This document shows positions 44,743 through 58,600 of a stretch of 64,000 nt of DNA, piece after piece; positions within the stretch are counted from its first letter, which is position 1, and the number at the start of each line of letters is the position of its first letter. Below the pieces are notes generated by a model. The model worked only from the letters and a program-made list of their open reading frames with translations. It made no database searches and was not told the origin of the DNA. Source of the DNA: the human T2T-CHM13v2.0 reference genome, Homo sapiens; the NCBI RefSeq assembly GCF_009914755.1, contig NC_060937.1. One strand, 5' to 3'. A program made the position numbers and the translations under genes.

Positions 44743-44858
44743 TCATATTGTCTAAAGTTTAAAAAATACATTATCTTGTTATTCGCTTGTTGACATGTAA
44801 ATTTCAACAACACAATAGTTGTCATAAACTGAGACTTCAATTACTTATTCAGTAATTT

Positions 44859-47800
44859 ATTTTTTATGTTTTTTTATTTTTCCATCAGTTATTGGGATAC
44901 AGTGGTTTTTGATTACATGAGTAAGTTCTTTAGTGGTGATTTGTGAGATTTTGGTGCACCCGTCACCCGAGCACTATACACTGCACCATATTTGCAGTCT
45001 TTTATCCCTCTCGCCGCTCCCACTCTTCCCCTTAAGTCCCCAAAACCCATTGTATCATTCTTATGCCTTTGCTGTATCCCAGAGGTTTTGATAGGTTGTG
45101 TCATTATTGTCATTCAGTTTGAATATTTTTTAAATTTCCATCCTGATTTCATTTTTGACCCAATGTTCATTCAGAAGCAGGTTATTTAATTTCCATGTAT
45201 TTGCATGGTTTTGATGGTTCCTTTTGGAGTTGATTTCTAGTTTTATTCCACTGTGCTCTGAGAGAGTGCTTGATATACTTTCAGTTTTCTTGAATTTATT
45301 GAGGCTCGTTTAATGGCCTATCATTTGGTCTGTCTTGATGAAAGTTCCATGTGCTGTTGAATAGAATGTGTATTTTGCAGTTGTTGGATGAAATGTTCTG
45401 TATATATTTGTTAAGTCCATTTGTTCCTAGGTATAGTTTAAATCCATTGTTTATTTGTTGACTTTCTGTCTTGATGACCTGTCTAGTGCTGTCAGTGGAG
45501 TATTGAAGTCCCTGACTATTATTGTGTTGCTGTTTATCTCATTTATTAGGTCTATTAGTAATTGTTTTATAAATTTGGTAGCTCCAGTGTTAGGTGCATA
45601 TATGTTTAAGATTGTGATATTTTCTAGTTGAACAAGGCCTTTTACCATTACGTAATATCCTTCTGTCTCTTTTAACTGTTGTTATTTTAAAGTTTGTTTT
45701 TTCTGATATAAGAGTAGTTACCCCTATTCACTTTAGGAGTCCATTTGCATGAAATGTCTTTTACCACCCCTTTAACTTTATGTGAGTCCTTATGTGTTAG
45801 GTGAGTCTCCTAAAGGCAGCAGATAGGTAGTTTGTGAGTTTTTTTCCATTCTGTGGTTGTGTATCTTATAAGCGGAGCATTTTGGCCATTTACATTTAAT
45901 ATTAGTATTGAGATGTGAGGTACTATTGCATTCATCATGCTGTGTACTTTGTTTTCGCTTTTTAACTTGTATTTTTGTTTTATAGCTCTTGTGTAATTTA
46001 TGCTTTAAAGGGGTTCTGTTTTGATGTGTTTCCAGGATTTGTTTTAAGATTTAGAGCTCCTTTTAGCAGTTTTTGTAGTGATGGGTTGATAATGGTGAAT
46101 TTTCTCAGCATTTGTTTGTCTGAAAACAACTGTATCTTTCTTTCATATATGAGGCTTAGTTTTGCTGGATACAAAATTTGTGGCTGATAATTGTTTTATT
46201 TGAGTAGGCTGAAGATACGGCCCCAATCTTTTCTAGTTTGTAGGGTTTCTGCGGAGAAATCTGCTGTTAATCTGATAGGTTTTCCTTTATAGGTTACCTG
46301 GTGCTTCTGTTTCACAGCTCTTAAGATTCTTTCCTTCATCTTAACTTTGGATAACCTGAGGACAGTGTGCCTAGGTGATGATCTTTTTGTGATGAATTTC
46401 CCAGGTGTTCCTTGTGCGTCTTGTATTTGGATATCTAGATCTCTAGCAAAGTCAGGGAAGTTTTCTTCGAATAGTCCCCCAAATATGTTTTCCAAGCTTT
46501 TAGAAGTCTCTTCTTCCTCAGGAACACCGATTATTCTTAGGTTTAGTCATTTAACATAATCCCAGACTTCTTAGAGGCTTTATTCATATTTTCTTATTCT
46601 TTGTTCTTTATCTTTGTTGGATTGGTTTAATTAGAAGACCTTGTCTTCAAGCTCTGAATTTCTTTCTTCTACTCGTTCAATTCTACTGGTGAGACTTTCC
46701 ATAGCATTTCCCATTTCTAAAAGTGTGTCCAAAGTTTCCTGAATTTTTTATTGATTTTTTTCTTTAAGCTATCTATTTCCTTGAATATTTCTCCCTTCAC
46801 TTCTTGTATCGTTTTATGGATTTCCTTGCATTGGGCTTTGCCTTTCTCTGGTCCCTCCCTGATAAGCTTAATAACTAATCTCCTGTAAATCAGGGATTAC
46901 TTCTTGTTTTGGATCCACTCACTGCCAGTGAACTAGTGTGATTTTGGGGGCGGGGTGTTAAAGAGCCTTGTTTTGTCATATTACCAGGGGTGGTTTTCTG
47001 GTTCTTCTCATTTGGGTAGGCTCTGTCAGAGGGAAGATCTAGGGCTGAAGGCTGTCGTTCAGATTCTTTTGTCCCATGGGGTGTTCCCTTGATGTAGTAG
47101 TACTCTCCTTCATTTCCTATGTATGTGGCTTCTTGTGAGCTGAATTGCAGTGATTGTTGTGCAGCGGGATAATTAAGGAATCAGAGAGACTGAGGGGTTG
47201 AGGAGGAATTATTTAATTATTTAGGTGCACCAACCCAGTCGGATTAACATCCAAAGGACTGAGCCCCGAACAAGAGTCAAGCTACCTTTTTAGCATTTTG
47301 TGGGGTGGGGGGAGATTTGTGCAGGGGGAAGCGTAGTACAGAAGCAAGAAACAAAGACAGTTATTCAATTAAGACATGCATTACATTATTTCTTACTTTT
47401 CAAACAACAACATGTTTTATGACTTGAGATTATCTGTTTAGTGACCTTGCAGCTGCACAGCTAGAGAAACAGTCTTCACAATGCCTGGGAAAGGGAGAGA
47501 TAAGGCTCACTCGCCGCAGAAAAACAGGCAATTGTTAAAGGACTTCAGCTCTTTCTCTTCCTCAGGGGGAGTTGGTTTTTCTTACATACAACTGAGTTTT
47601 TGCTTACACATTTTTTAAATTTCTTTTAATTCCTGTTCCAGTTGTCTCTCTTCTGAGTCTAGCCACCCAGTGAGTCTACCCGGCTCTGGATTGGTTCTGG
47701 GAGTTGTCTGCATAGAGTCCTGTGATGTGAACCGTCTATGGGTCTCTCAGCTGTGGATACTAGTGCTTATTCTGATGGAGGTGGTGGGGGGTGCAATGGA

Positions 47801-48807
47801 CTCTGTAAGCGTCCTTAGCTTTGGTGGTTTAATGCTCTATTTTTGTGCTGGTTGGCCTCTCGCCAGGTGGTGCTTTCCAGAAAGCTGTAGTAGTATGGAG
47901 AGGGACCGGCTGTGGATGGGGCCCTAGAACTCACAAGATTATATGCCTTTTGTTTCCACCACCAGGGTGGAGAGGGAAGGACCATCAGGTGGGGCCAGGG
48001 CTAGGCGTGTTTGAGCTCAGACTCTCCTTGGGTGGGTCTTTCTGCAGCTGCTGTGAGGGATGGGTGTGAGATTTCCAGGTCACTGGAGTTGTGTACCTAG
48101 GAGGATTATGGCTGCCTCTGCTGAGTCATCAAGTTGTCATAGAAGTGGGGTAAATCCAGCAGTCACAGGCCTCACTCAGCTCCCATGCATACCAAAGAGC
48201 CAGTCTCACTCCCACCATGTCCCCACCACAATAGCCTTGAGTCTATTTCTAGGTGGAGGGCAAGACAGGCTTGAAAACTTGCCTGAGGCTGCCCACCTCC
48301 CACCTCCCAGCTGCGAAAGAAAAGGGCTTGGTTCTTCCCCTGCCTGTGGAGTCTGCACAGCAGATTTGCACCATCCTTGAGGTTCTGGCCAGGAGGCTTC
48401 TTGCCCTGTTCAAACTGATACAAAGTTCAGCTAGAGATTTCCTTCTCCCTGTGGAGTTTTACCTCCTGCTTCTCTGGCCACCCTCCTGATGGATCCCTGT
48501 GGTGCTAGGCAGGAATGCGCTGCTTGGGAACCCAGTGAGCTCCCAGGGCCTTTCTGCAGCTTCCTCTACCCCTGTATTACACTCCACTCTAAATTTTCTC
48601 AGGTCCAGGTAAAGTCAGTAACTTCTCCCACAAACAGACCTTTAGCTTCGCCAGTGCCGGTGTGTGTTAGGAAGAGGAGGGTCTCCCTTTCCCACTTCCA
48701 CAGCTGGGGCACTCACAGTATTTGGGGTGTCTCCCAGTTCCTGCAGGAGCAGCCCACTTCCTTCAGAGGGCCTGTGGGTCCTCTAGGGATTGCTGGTTTG
48801 TTCTTGC
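44859..48807 (-). mobile_element. L1PB1-like element with most of ORF2 deleted
   Basis: 3' terminus 44859-45072 joined directly to EN sequence; ORF1 remnants (46196-46495); perfect 15-bp TSD CTTATTCAGTAATTT 44844-44858 / 48808-48822. Confidence 0.93.
47160..47640 (-). mobile_element. ERV1 solo LTR (LTR15-like) in the L1PB 5' UTR
   Basis: Minus strand begins tggaacaggaattaaaagaaa and ends tcccgctgca; 4-bp TSD GTTG. Confidence 0.88.
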
Positions 48808-50102
48808 CTTATTCAGTAATTTCTGTACTAGACATTAACAATAATCAGTTACAAAATGAATTATCTTACTCTTCAGCAGCATTTACGTGTTATTAAAGCT
48901 TAACTTTGGACGAGTTATTGGGACTTAATCAATGAAAAATGAGACTTTCTGTTTTTGCAAGCTTCATTATGATAATAAAAGTATAAATAAATTTAATAAA
49001 ATTTAAGACTCAAAACAGGATCACAAAGAATCACTGAAGTAATACTCTTCTTTAATTAGTTAAAAATAATACCAAGGAAGGCTAGTGGCCTAACTATGAT
49101 AGTTTCCTTACACTTCTTAATAAGTTCTGATGCATTAGGCATTTTTATTCTCTTTTGCCATTCACAACTTTTTGAAAGTGAAGGAAAGTCATTTTAAAAC
49201 ACCTTTATTTCAAAAATTTAGCATCGTATATATTTTTCCAATAAGCTTATCCACCATTTGGTGGCTGATTTCAGCTAATTGAAATTGTATAGCCTAAGCA
49301 GTTCAGTTCACTAATATGTACTTTGTATGTACTCTGGAAATTTTGTAAATGGAACACAAATGCAAAAAGATTTGATTGCATTTATGAGCACTAAAAATAC
49401 AATAATGCTATAATTAAGCAATTACCAAAAAAAATGAACTTATTAGTAAATCACTTTTAAAATAGTAGGCAAGAAAAATCTGGGCTTATCATCACGAAAG
49501 ACCAAAAAAGAATGAATTTAGACAATATATTTTCTGTATACTGATACATTTAGAAATGAGTTATTTATAAACTCTCTAGGAATGCAAAACTGTATTGTTA
49601 TGTCTACATGTACCATTTTCATATTTTCCCCTCCTATTTTCACTTCCCCACTTTTATTTACAATAGACAAATATCATCTTTCTAAAATAAATTTTGGCAA
49701 AGTCCAATTCTACACTCAAATTCTCTCTCAAAAAATAAAGAAGATTCTGAAGTTTTCAGGTAGATTTTATTTTGGAACTTCTACTTGAATATTATTAATT
49801 TTGACTTTTTCTTCTAAGATCACCTTAGTCATCCACCGAAAATATCTGGCTAATGCTTCAATAAATGCATAAATGTTCACTGTTACTTTGATCTGCAGGC
49901 AAAGACTCATGACACCATGGGACACATGGGTGATAGCCTTCCTTATGTAATTCTGTTGAACTGCATCAAAGTGCCATTCAGTTTAAACTGCTTCAGTAGC
50001 AAAGAAATGTAGATAGATTAGAAGTTCAGAGAGAAAAAAAAAGCCCACAATGACTATGGGAATCAAGTGGCATGACAAATAAAGATTAAAAAGAAGTGGA
50101 GA

Positions 50103-50412
50103 GGGAGGCCAAGGCAGGTGGATCCCCTGAGGTCAGGAGTTTGAGACTAGCCTGGCCAACATGGTGAAACACTGTCTCTACTAAAAATACAAAAAATTAG
50201 CTGGGTGTGGTGGTGGGCGCCTGTAATCCCAGCTACTCGGGACACTGAGGCAGGACAATCTCTTTAACCTGAGAGGTGGAGGTTGCAGTTAACTGATATC
50301 GTGCCTTTGCACTCTAGCCTGGGGGGCGAGAGTGAAACTGTCTCTAAATAAATAAATAAATACATACATACATACATACATACATACATACATACATACA
50401 TACATACATAAA
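50103..50412 (+). mobile_element. 5'-truncated AluS with (TAAA)n(TACA)n tail
   Basis: Begins at gggaggccaaggcagg; tetranucleotide STR 50346-50410. Confidence 0.93.
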
Positions 50413-50535
50413 GTAAAATGGAGTGGAGGATAAACAAGGATGAAGCACTTTGTCCAGTGAAAACCAAAAAATTACATGACAATATTCAGAAACTTGATTT
50501 AAATACTATGGAAGGAAAAAAAATGGATAGCTTGG

Positions 50536-50983
50536 TGTGATGGTTCACACTGAGTGTCAACTTGATTGGATTGAAGGATGCGAAATATTGTTGCTGAGTG
50601 TGTCTGTGAGGGTGTTGCCAATGGAGATTAACATTTGAGTCAGTGGACTGGGAAAGGCACACCCACCCTCAATCTGGGTGAGCACAATCTCATTAGCTGC
50701 CATTGAGGCCAGAATAAAAGCTGGCAGAGGAACAAGGAAGGACTAGACTGGCTTAGTCTCCCAGCCTACATCTTTCTCCTGTGCTAGATGCTTCCTGCCC
50801 TTGAACATCAGACTATAAGCTCTTCAGCTTTGGGACTTGGACTGGCTTCCCTGCTCCTCAGCTTGTAGATGGCCTATTGTGGGACCTCACCTTGTGATAA
50901 TGTGAGTCAGTACTCCTTAATAAACTCCCCTTTATATATACACCTATCCTATTGGTTCCCTTTAGAGAATCCTGACTAATACA
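50536..50983 (+). mobile_element. ERV-L solo LTR (MLT2A1-like)
   Basis: tgtgatggtt..gactaataca; perfect TSD CTTGG. Confidence 0.93.
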
Positions 50984-51299
50984 CTTGGTATTAAAATATG
51001 TAGCATCTTGTGATACTATATCATTTAATATTAAATATATCGAAGAGATAGCCAAAATTTTAGTTGGTGATTTTGGATTTTAATAGTTCTGAGAAGGTGA
51101 GAGACTCAGACTTACAAAGAGTATATTCAAAAGAAAATGCACACCTTTTACTTGACCATCACATATTCATCCAAGAAACGCTTATTGTGTAGCAATGCAT
51201 TCTACAATGAATAATTACTCCAAACTGATTTTTTAACCATAAAAGTAAGTGATATAGGTTAAATGATCTACATAAAGATAGCAAGTCGAGTAAAACAAG

Positions 51300-51450
51300 A
51301 ATACCTACAATAATTATCCTATGTACCAGACATTGTATTAAAAATATTATATACTTGGATTCACTACTCCGTGAAATAAGTATTAGTATTATTCTCATTT
51401 TATTGTTGGGTAAAGTGAGCAAATAAGAGGAAAGATAACATGCCAAAGTT
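51300..51450 (-). mobile_element. MIR fragment
   Basis: tattattctcatttta..taaagtgag..taacatgccaaagtt. Confidence 0.55.
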
Positions 51451-51539
51451 AATGCTAACTAATACATCGACTCAGCCACTGTAGGCTCTAATGTTTATAC
51501 TTGTCTCCAGTAACCTTGTTGCCTCTATGGAGACCAGTA

Positions 51540-52232
51540 GAGTTGTCGCTTGGCATCGAGAGAGGATGGATTCTAGGACTTCACCCCCTTCTCACAGTCA
51601 GAAATCTGTGTATAACTTTTCACTCCCTCAAAACTTAACTACAAATAGCCTACTTTTGACTGGAAGCCTTGCAATAATATAAACATCTTACAATAAAGTA
51701 AGTTAGAGAAAAGAAAATGTTATTAAGAAAATCATAAATAAGAAAAAATATGTTTGCTATTCATTAAGTGAAAATAGATCATCATAAAGTTCTTCATCCT
51801 TATTGCCTTCACAGTGATGAGGAGGAGGAGGAAGAAGAGGGGTTGGACTTCTTGTCTCAAGGGTAGCAGAGAAGGAAGAGATGCAAGAGGTGGAGGTGGA
51901 GGGGGAAGCAGGAGAGGAAGATATACTCAATGTAACTTATATTTTAAAAAAATCTATGTATATGTGGACTGACCCAGTTCAAACCCATGTTGTTCAAAGG
52001 AAAACTGTATCTGCATATACCCTATGCAAATATTTATGTATAATTTAAACAAACTAGATTACTTATAATACCTAATACAATGTAAATACTATATAAAAGT
52101 TATTATACTGTATTTAAAAAATATTTTTATTGTTGTATTGTTATTTTTTATTGCTTTTATTTTTCAAATATTTCTGATCCAAGGTTGGTTGAATCTATGG
52201 CTGTGAAATGGGTGGATATGAATTGTCAACAG
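51540..52232. mobile_element. Tigger-family composite: MER2-like MITE interrupted by a Tigger2-type fragment (~51590-52008)
   Basis: aatagcctacttttgactggaagcctt, cagttcaaacccatgttgttcaa; ctagattacttataatacctaatacaatgtaaat, ggttggttgaatc. Confidence 0.8.
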
Positions 52233-52334
52233 TGCTTATCAAAATATATGACATTTATAGCCTTCTTTTATCTGACTCACTTCAAAAAAGTATTCTCACA
52301 TCTGAATATCAAGGTAATGAGATGCTGTAGATCT

Positions 52335-52646
52335 TTGCCATCCAATATGGTGGGCAATAGAAACATGTAGCTATCAGCACTGGGAAATACTTATTCCAAA
52401 TGGAGATGTACTATAAAATATACCATGGATTTGAAAGACGTAGAACAACAACAAAAAAAAATACAAAATATCTTAGTGTTTTTGCATTGATTATATTTTG
52501 AAATAAAAATATTTTTAGCTGTTGAGTTACATGAAATATATTCTTAAAGTTAATTGCACATGTTCACTTTAAGGTAGCTATAGAAAGTTTATTGATATAT
52601 GTGACTTGCCTTTGTGACTAACATTACATTTCCATTGGACAGCATT
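52335..52646. mobile_element. MER33/MER3-type hAT-Charlie MITE
   Basis: tccaatatggt.. start and ..ttccattggacagca end. Confidence 0.75.
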
Positions 52647-52904
52647 TTTTAGATGAATCCAATGGTCTCTTCTCTTTCAAGTATCTACAGTTCTGTGGAA
52701 ATACTACAAAATGAAGGTTTTAAAACAGAATTTTAATTACTATGACAGATTCTGTTGATAAGTCTGAAAAAAGTATCAGTTATTAATAAATGAACTTTTT
52801 ATTCCAATTACCATCGCATTTCTTTCGTTAGTGTTCAGTACATCTCTAATCAAAATAACATAAATTTGCTTTTAAAGTTGACATCATTAGAAAGACCTTT
52901 TTTT

Positions 52905-53205
52905 GTCTCTTTGTTTGTTTGTTTGAGACGAAGTCTCGCTCTGTCACCAGGCTGGAGTGCAGTGGCGCGATCTCGGCTCACTGCAACCTCCACCTCCTGG
53001 GTTCAAGTGATTCTGCTGCCTCAGCCTCCCAAGTAGCTGGTACTATAGGCACGTGCCACCACGTCCAGCTAATTTTTGTTATTTTTAGTAGAGATGGGGT
53101 TTCACCATGTTGGTGAGGATGGTCTCGATCTCTTGACCTCATGATCTGCCAACCTCAGCCTCCCAAAATACTGGGATTACCGGCGTGAGCCACCATGCCC
53201 AGCCC
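52905..53205 (-). mobile_element. AluSc-like
   Basis: tgtcaccaggctgg deletion and ggatggtctcgatctcttgacctcatgatc. Confidence 0.93.
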
Positions 53206-54619
53206 ATGTGAAATAAATTTTATGTTCTAATATGTAATAACAAAAGGTTTTTTTTTCTTATAGCAGTTTTCCCCCTAGCAATTAAAAGAAAAAGCAAAAT
53301 GAGTGTAATCCAAAATAACAGCTCAGAAAGAAAGCCAAAAGTACAAGAAAAGCCTAGTTAGGATTTTCATGTGGCCTTGGATTTCTTCCATCTCCTTTTG
53401 TATTCATATTTGCAATAGAAAAATGCTGAAAACCTTGAATATACAGTATTTTAATATAATAATTTTACTTTGCAATGGCCAACTTGTGAAATACCAAAGA
53501 ATGAAAGAAAATTAAAGTTGCCATCCTAAAAGCCGTATCTAAACTTCAATTAACTCTGGAAAATTGAAGATTGAGTTGAATTTGTCTGTAATTGTTAGTG
53601 AATTTGAAATATTTAAGGTACTGAATTTCAAATATGGCCTACTTTGTTTTTATTTCACATATTATTTTAGTTAGCTTAATTCTAAAAATGTCTTCTAATG
53701 TGCCTTTAAAATAGCCCAGAATGGGTTTTATATATTAGGTTCATGTTTACAAATAAATTTCAACATAAATTGGTATTTATGAGCCTTGAGCAATACAATA
53801 ATTGAGTTACTGTTGAATTTTTTTGTCGTAATTTTCTGTTAACTATTTTTGCATAGCATAGCTATTTTAATCGTGAGAACTAAAACAATTATTTTTTTAT
53901 TACAGTGTTAAAAGAAAATAGGAACCCAAGTTTAAACATAATAAAAATGAATACCATTAATAAATTATATACTGTGCTCTCTTTTGACTCATTTCACATA
54001 TTAAATCAAAATTTGTTCATGTCAGGCTATTCACCTTACAAAAGAAAATAAATCAGACATCATCAAAGTGACACACGTTTTGATGAATACGACAGATGCC
54101 ATCTGATTCATTGTAGTTTATATCTAACAAGGGCACCCTACCTGTCAGTTATCTGTCATTCATGAGATATAATAATTTTTCATGGTTATGATGTGAAAAT
54201 TAGAAAAGGAATATTTATTTCTTAGCAAAATTATGCTAAAGTTTTTATTTATAGTGAGCTAGATTTAAATTCAGCCTACATTTGATATATGTAGTTTACT
54301 AGTTGGCTCAGACAAGTAAACAGTGCACTATCAATAAAATTTTGGGTTTATTCTCAGAGATAAAATTACTTATATCTTTGTTAAACACTGAACCAAGAAA
54401 ACTGGAAGTAACCTAGAGATCCATATTGCTATATATCCCAGAATATCTGGATGTTAGTGTATCTCAAGTCTTTTTGGAGTAAAAAAAAAATCTGAAATCA
54501 ACAATATATTTCTAGGATTATAAACTCAAAACTACCTTTAGAAATTTTTTAATTTCTAAGCACTTAAAGAAGTGTTAGTAAACAGGAAACAGAAATGAAC
54601 AAATTTAACACAATAAATT

Positions 54620-54900
54620 TTTCCTTAAACCCCGAAATTGGTTGATATTGATTTTAATATATAAACTTTCTTTCTATTTCTCTCTTTTCTCTTTATTGCA
54701 ACTTATTGATTGATAAACTTAGGTTAGTTTCCCAAAGTGTATTCTAAAGTCTGGATTTTGCTTAAGATATTCCGATGGTATTCTTGTTCTTTTGTTTTGA
54801 ATTTCCTAAGTTAAAAAAAATGCTGGTTGGATATAGACATTTGATCAGATTCAGGTTTGAGATTTGAAGCAATAAGACTTTATGGGTCTTGTTTTCTTAC
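54620..54900 (-). mobile_element. L1MC-type 3' fragment
   Basis: gtctggattttgct..ttgatcagattcaggttt. Confidence 0.55.
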
Positions 54901-55299
54901 AAAAGTTTCTCTTAAACTTTCTTTACTTCTTGTAACATGTTTAAATAATTAACTCAGATTTCCCAAAGAATTCACTTTCCCATGATGCTGGTAAGTCCTT
55001 TACCAATAATCATGTGGACACTCTTAATAGTATTTTTACCCATTTATTAAGATATTTACCACTGTGAATTCCAGGAATAGGTACACTTTTATCTATATAG
55101 GATATGAAAGGGGATAGATGGCTCTTTCAAGCCAAGTTATTGTGATTTGGTTTATGTTGTAGTTCTTGATGGTAGTTTGGATGGTAAATAGAGGTCAAAG
55201 AAGGAAACTGTGTGTGTACAGACAACAAGGTAGGGTTTGATTAAAATATTGAGAAGGCTAGCAGATCTATTTATATAGTTACTATTAGATCAAAGTGGT

Positions 55300-55395
55300 C
55301 TCATTTAGCAAATATTTATTTAACCTCTACAATGTTACAGAAGCGTTTCTGCGTGCAGAGGATACATCAGTGAACAAAAAGGATAAAAACCCCTA
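55300..55395 (-). mobile_element. L2 3' end
   Basis: catttagcaaatatttatt..ggatacatcagtgaacaaaa. Confidence 0.7.
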
Positions 55396-55511
55396 AAATA
55401 ATCATTGAGTTAGATTTATATCCTTCAATTTAATCATCAGGTTCTTCTATTTTTTTTCATTTATGACTTTATTTCTGACAATATGGAAAATACTCATCTC
55501 ATAATTTAAGC

Positions 55512-55628
55512 TTTTTTTTTGTTTGTTTTTTGTTTTTTTGGTTTTTTTTAATTTTTTTTTAAGATGGAGTCTCGCTCTGTCGCCCAGGCTGGAGTGCAGT
55601 GGTGCGATCTTGGCTCACTGCAAGCTCC
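55512..55628 (-). mobile_element. Heavily 5'-truncated AluY
   Basis: T-rich tail plus ~68 nt ending ctgcaagctcc; flanks aattta(a/g)g. Confidence 0.9.
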
Positions 55629-58600
55629 AATTTAGGTGTTTTTTAATTCTTCTCAATTCTAAACAAGATACAGAAGTATATATTTGAAAATAAAGTGGAC
55701 CAATGGGGCAGAGGTCTTTCTTAGTCCATCGGGTCAAAAAGAAGCACTTAGTAATTGTATGTTTTGCTCTAGTAGCATTGGCCTCTCAAATAGAGGAATT
55801 ATTAATTTTAAGTAATTATTTAAATCTTTAAAGTGCACTAACCTGGAAAAATCTTAAGCATACTGTTATATTTAAAAATACTTGCAATCTACACATTTTT
55901 GCTAAGGTTTGTATGAGCAAAATGCAACAGGATCTATTGCAGGGTGCAGAACATAAGATCTTGAATTTGAATGTGTTGTGGACTATTAGTTAAACTTTCT
56001 TGTTTAGTGAATAATTTATATTTCAGTTTTTAACAGATTTTTAATGGCTTGGAACCACAATGCATAAGGCTACATAATATATTGATTTAATATGTTTGAC
56101 TTCCACCTTTTGATGCTTAGGTTTAATCTGGCTCTGGTCTCAAATTTAATGAATTAAATGGCTTCAATGTAGTCCATTTGTCCACATCACTGGACTACAA
56201 ATTTCTGGTAATAATATAAACTTCTTAGCCTTTTCTCAGAAAACTCTGGAACTTGCATAGGGTTGCTAAACAGCAGTCACATATTTAACTTAATTACTTG
56301 GTTTTTAATAGTGTTATTAATTTATTATTTTCATAAACACAATTTTTTATTGTTAAAAAGAGAAAATATAATTTAGTAAAAATGTTATTAATAAAGAGGA
56401 ATGAAAGCAAGTCTAGATCAATCCTGTCCATATATAGTAAGAAAATTGTAATCTTACAAATAATTCAGACACCAAATGAGTCTAAGAGAAATTAACATGA
56501 AACTGAGATACCTGGATTTTGCTTACACTATCTATATAATTTTCTCAGTTCTTCACCTGAAACAGTTATTGTCATGGGCATCCTATCTTGAAGATGTTTT
56601 CACATACTTGATCGTAATCACAGAGGTAATACTCAAAATTGTATTACAGCCTTACTTGACAACTCACTACAAATGAGAACAAAGAAGAATGTACATCTCA
56701 TATGCAAAATATTCCTCCTTATACAGATGTAAGCTGTTTGCAAAACCTGGCTTTTGTGAGAAAAGATTCTTATTTATTGCCAAAGTTTTATCTGAATTTA
56801 TACGGAGAAAACAGAAAAAAAATACTCCAGAAGAGCACAAAAATGGAGATTTCTATGTGGCCTTGTTTCAGAACAGTTACAAAAGCAATCACATTTAATA
56901 ACAATGTAGTATATTTTAACTTCCCCTTTTGATAATCAATTTGCTCTTTAAAATCAATTATGCATGCATTTAAGATTTGTTTGATAATGCCTAGACTGCA
57001 TTTTCTAAAGACATAATTAGCTGACCATTCTTAAAATAGTCATGTTATAATAAATGGCTTGCTCTGGGATCTTAAAAAAAATCTGAATGCTATGCCCAGA
57101 TCTAGAAGACCAGGTTATGTGACATTTACATAATACTTTGGTAAAATTTGAGATTAGATAATAAATAATCTTTTTCTTCACCTTTATTGATTCCCCAGTT
57201 TGAGGAGAATAAATAGGATATGTCATAACATTTTATGATTTGTCCTGTCATACTACACAGAAATAGCACCAAGCAGAAAGTATTTTGCCTGTAGATTTAA
57301 CTTGTAATTCTGTAGAATCTATGTAAACTTCAGGAGCAGTAACTCTGTGTGTGGGGTTGTAATTGTGGTGTTGGTGTGGGGAGAGGATATGTACGTGTAT
57401 ACACAGTTGCTATAAAAGATTCAAATAAGAAGGCTCTTAATCTACTACAGTTCTTTCATCTTTCCTCTTCAGGAATAGCAAGGTGGTAATAAACAATGTA
57501 ATCCAATCAGCGATATGTATTTAATTCCATTATTTCTATTAGAGATTATTATATTCTTAAATACTTATACCTTGCTTTTAAAACGATTGAATCAACTATT
57601 TTACATTTTAAAATCATCAAAACTATTATAATCATGAACAAGTGTTCCATTCACTTACCAATCTTAAGAAAGAACTAGGAGGATTTAATTGTATAATAAA
57701 ATACTTTTCTCTTGTCATTTTTGAGAAATAAATTAGTTAACAGAGAGTAGTCACCACCAAAAGCTTAGTTGTGAGAAATCATTCATCAGAGTAATTATTC
57801 ATCCAGATAATCATTCATGAAAATCCTTATTCATCAAGAAAATAAATATTTTCTTGTGAACATTTGAGCTAATTTATAACTTTATAAATTATCACTTTAT
57901 AATTTAGAAGCACACCTCTATGTTTTCTGAGCACCACCTTAAAAAATGTATCACAGCAGTTACTGTGTGCCCTGTGGGTAGCAAGCATTGCCTGATTAAT
58001 GATGATGTTCAACCACTATCAAGTAGAATAGCCAACCATTACTCCAGAGGACATTCAGTTTCAGTGTAAGATGGGCAGAAGTAGCAGCTGAGTGATAGAT
58101 ACTGAATGTGCACCTAAGAAAAAGCTCAAACATATCTGAAGCCTTTTACTAAAAGAATAGAATGAAGACATTAAAAGGCTGAAAAAATATAGTCTTCTTA
58201 AGCAAACGCATGTATCAAAATTTCATAAATGCATGTTGGCTATATTGAAAAATACTATTTATGTGCATGTGCGTGTGTTTGTATGAGTTAAAGCAAAGCT
58301 TGTATATGCCCAAGTGTTTTTTATATATGTGAGTTTTTATCAGGTTTTTCTATTTGAGTTACTTTAATAGATTCCTTGTGTCAAACTATTCCGCAAAAGA
58401 ACAAAGATGTGAAGGGCCCAAAAAGAGAAGATAGTTAAGTCGTTATTTTAAAAGTAAATGTATAAACATTTCTTGAATATTTATTGAATGTGCCAGCAAA
58501 CATCAATCTATATTTAATGCATAAGACAATTGATATAAATAATTTAAATAAGTAATACAAGCAGTTTTTATTTTCTCAAACGAAACAAAAATAAGCAAAT

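Noticed and set aside
47670-48896. GC-richer stretch with several overlapping ORFs
   Set aside because: L1PB 5' UTR inside a TSD-bounded element; not a CpG island or gene
57780-57840. Four spaced attcat motifs; also the LTR7 internal repeats
   Set aside because: Degenerate minisatellite-like repeats in eukaryotic DNA; not CRISPR (no constant repeat-spacer structure, no cas genes)
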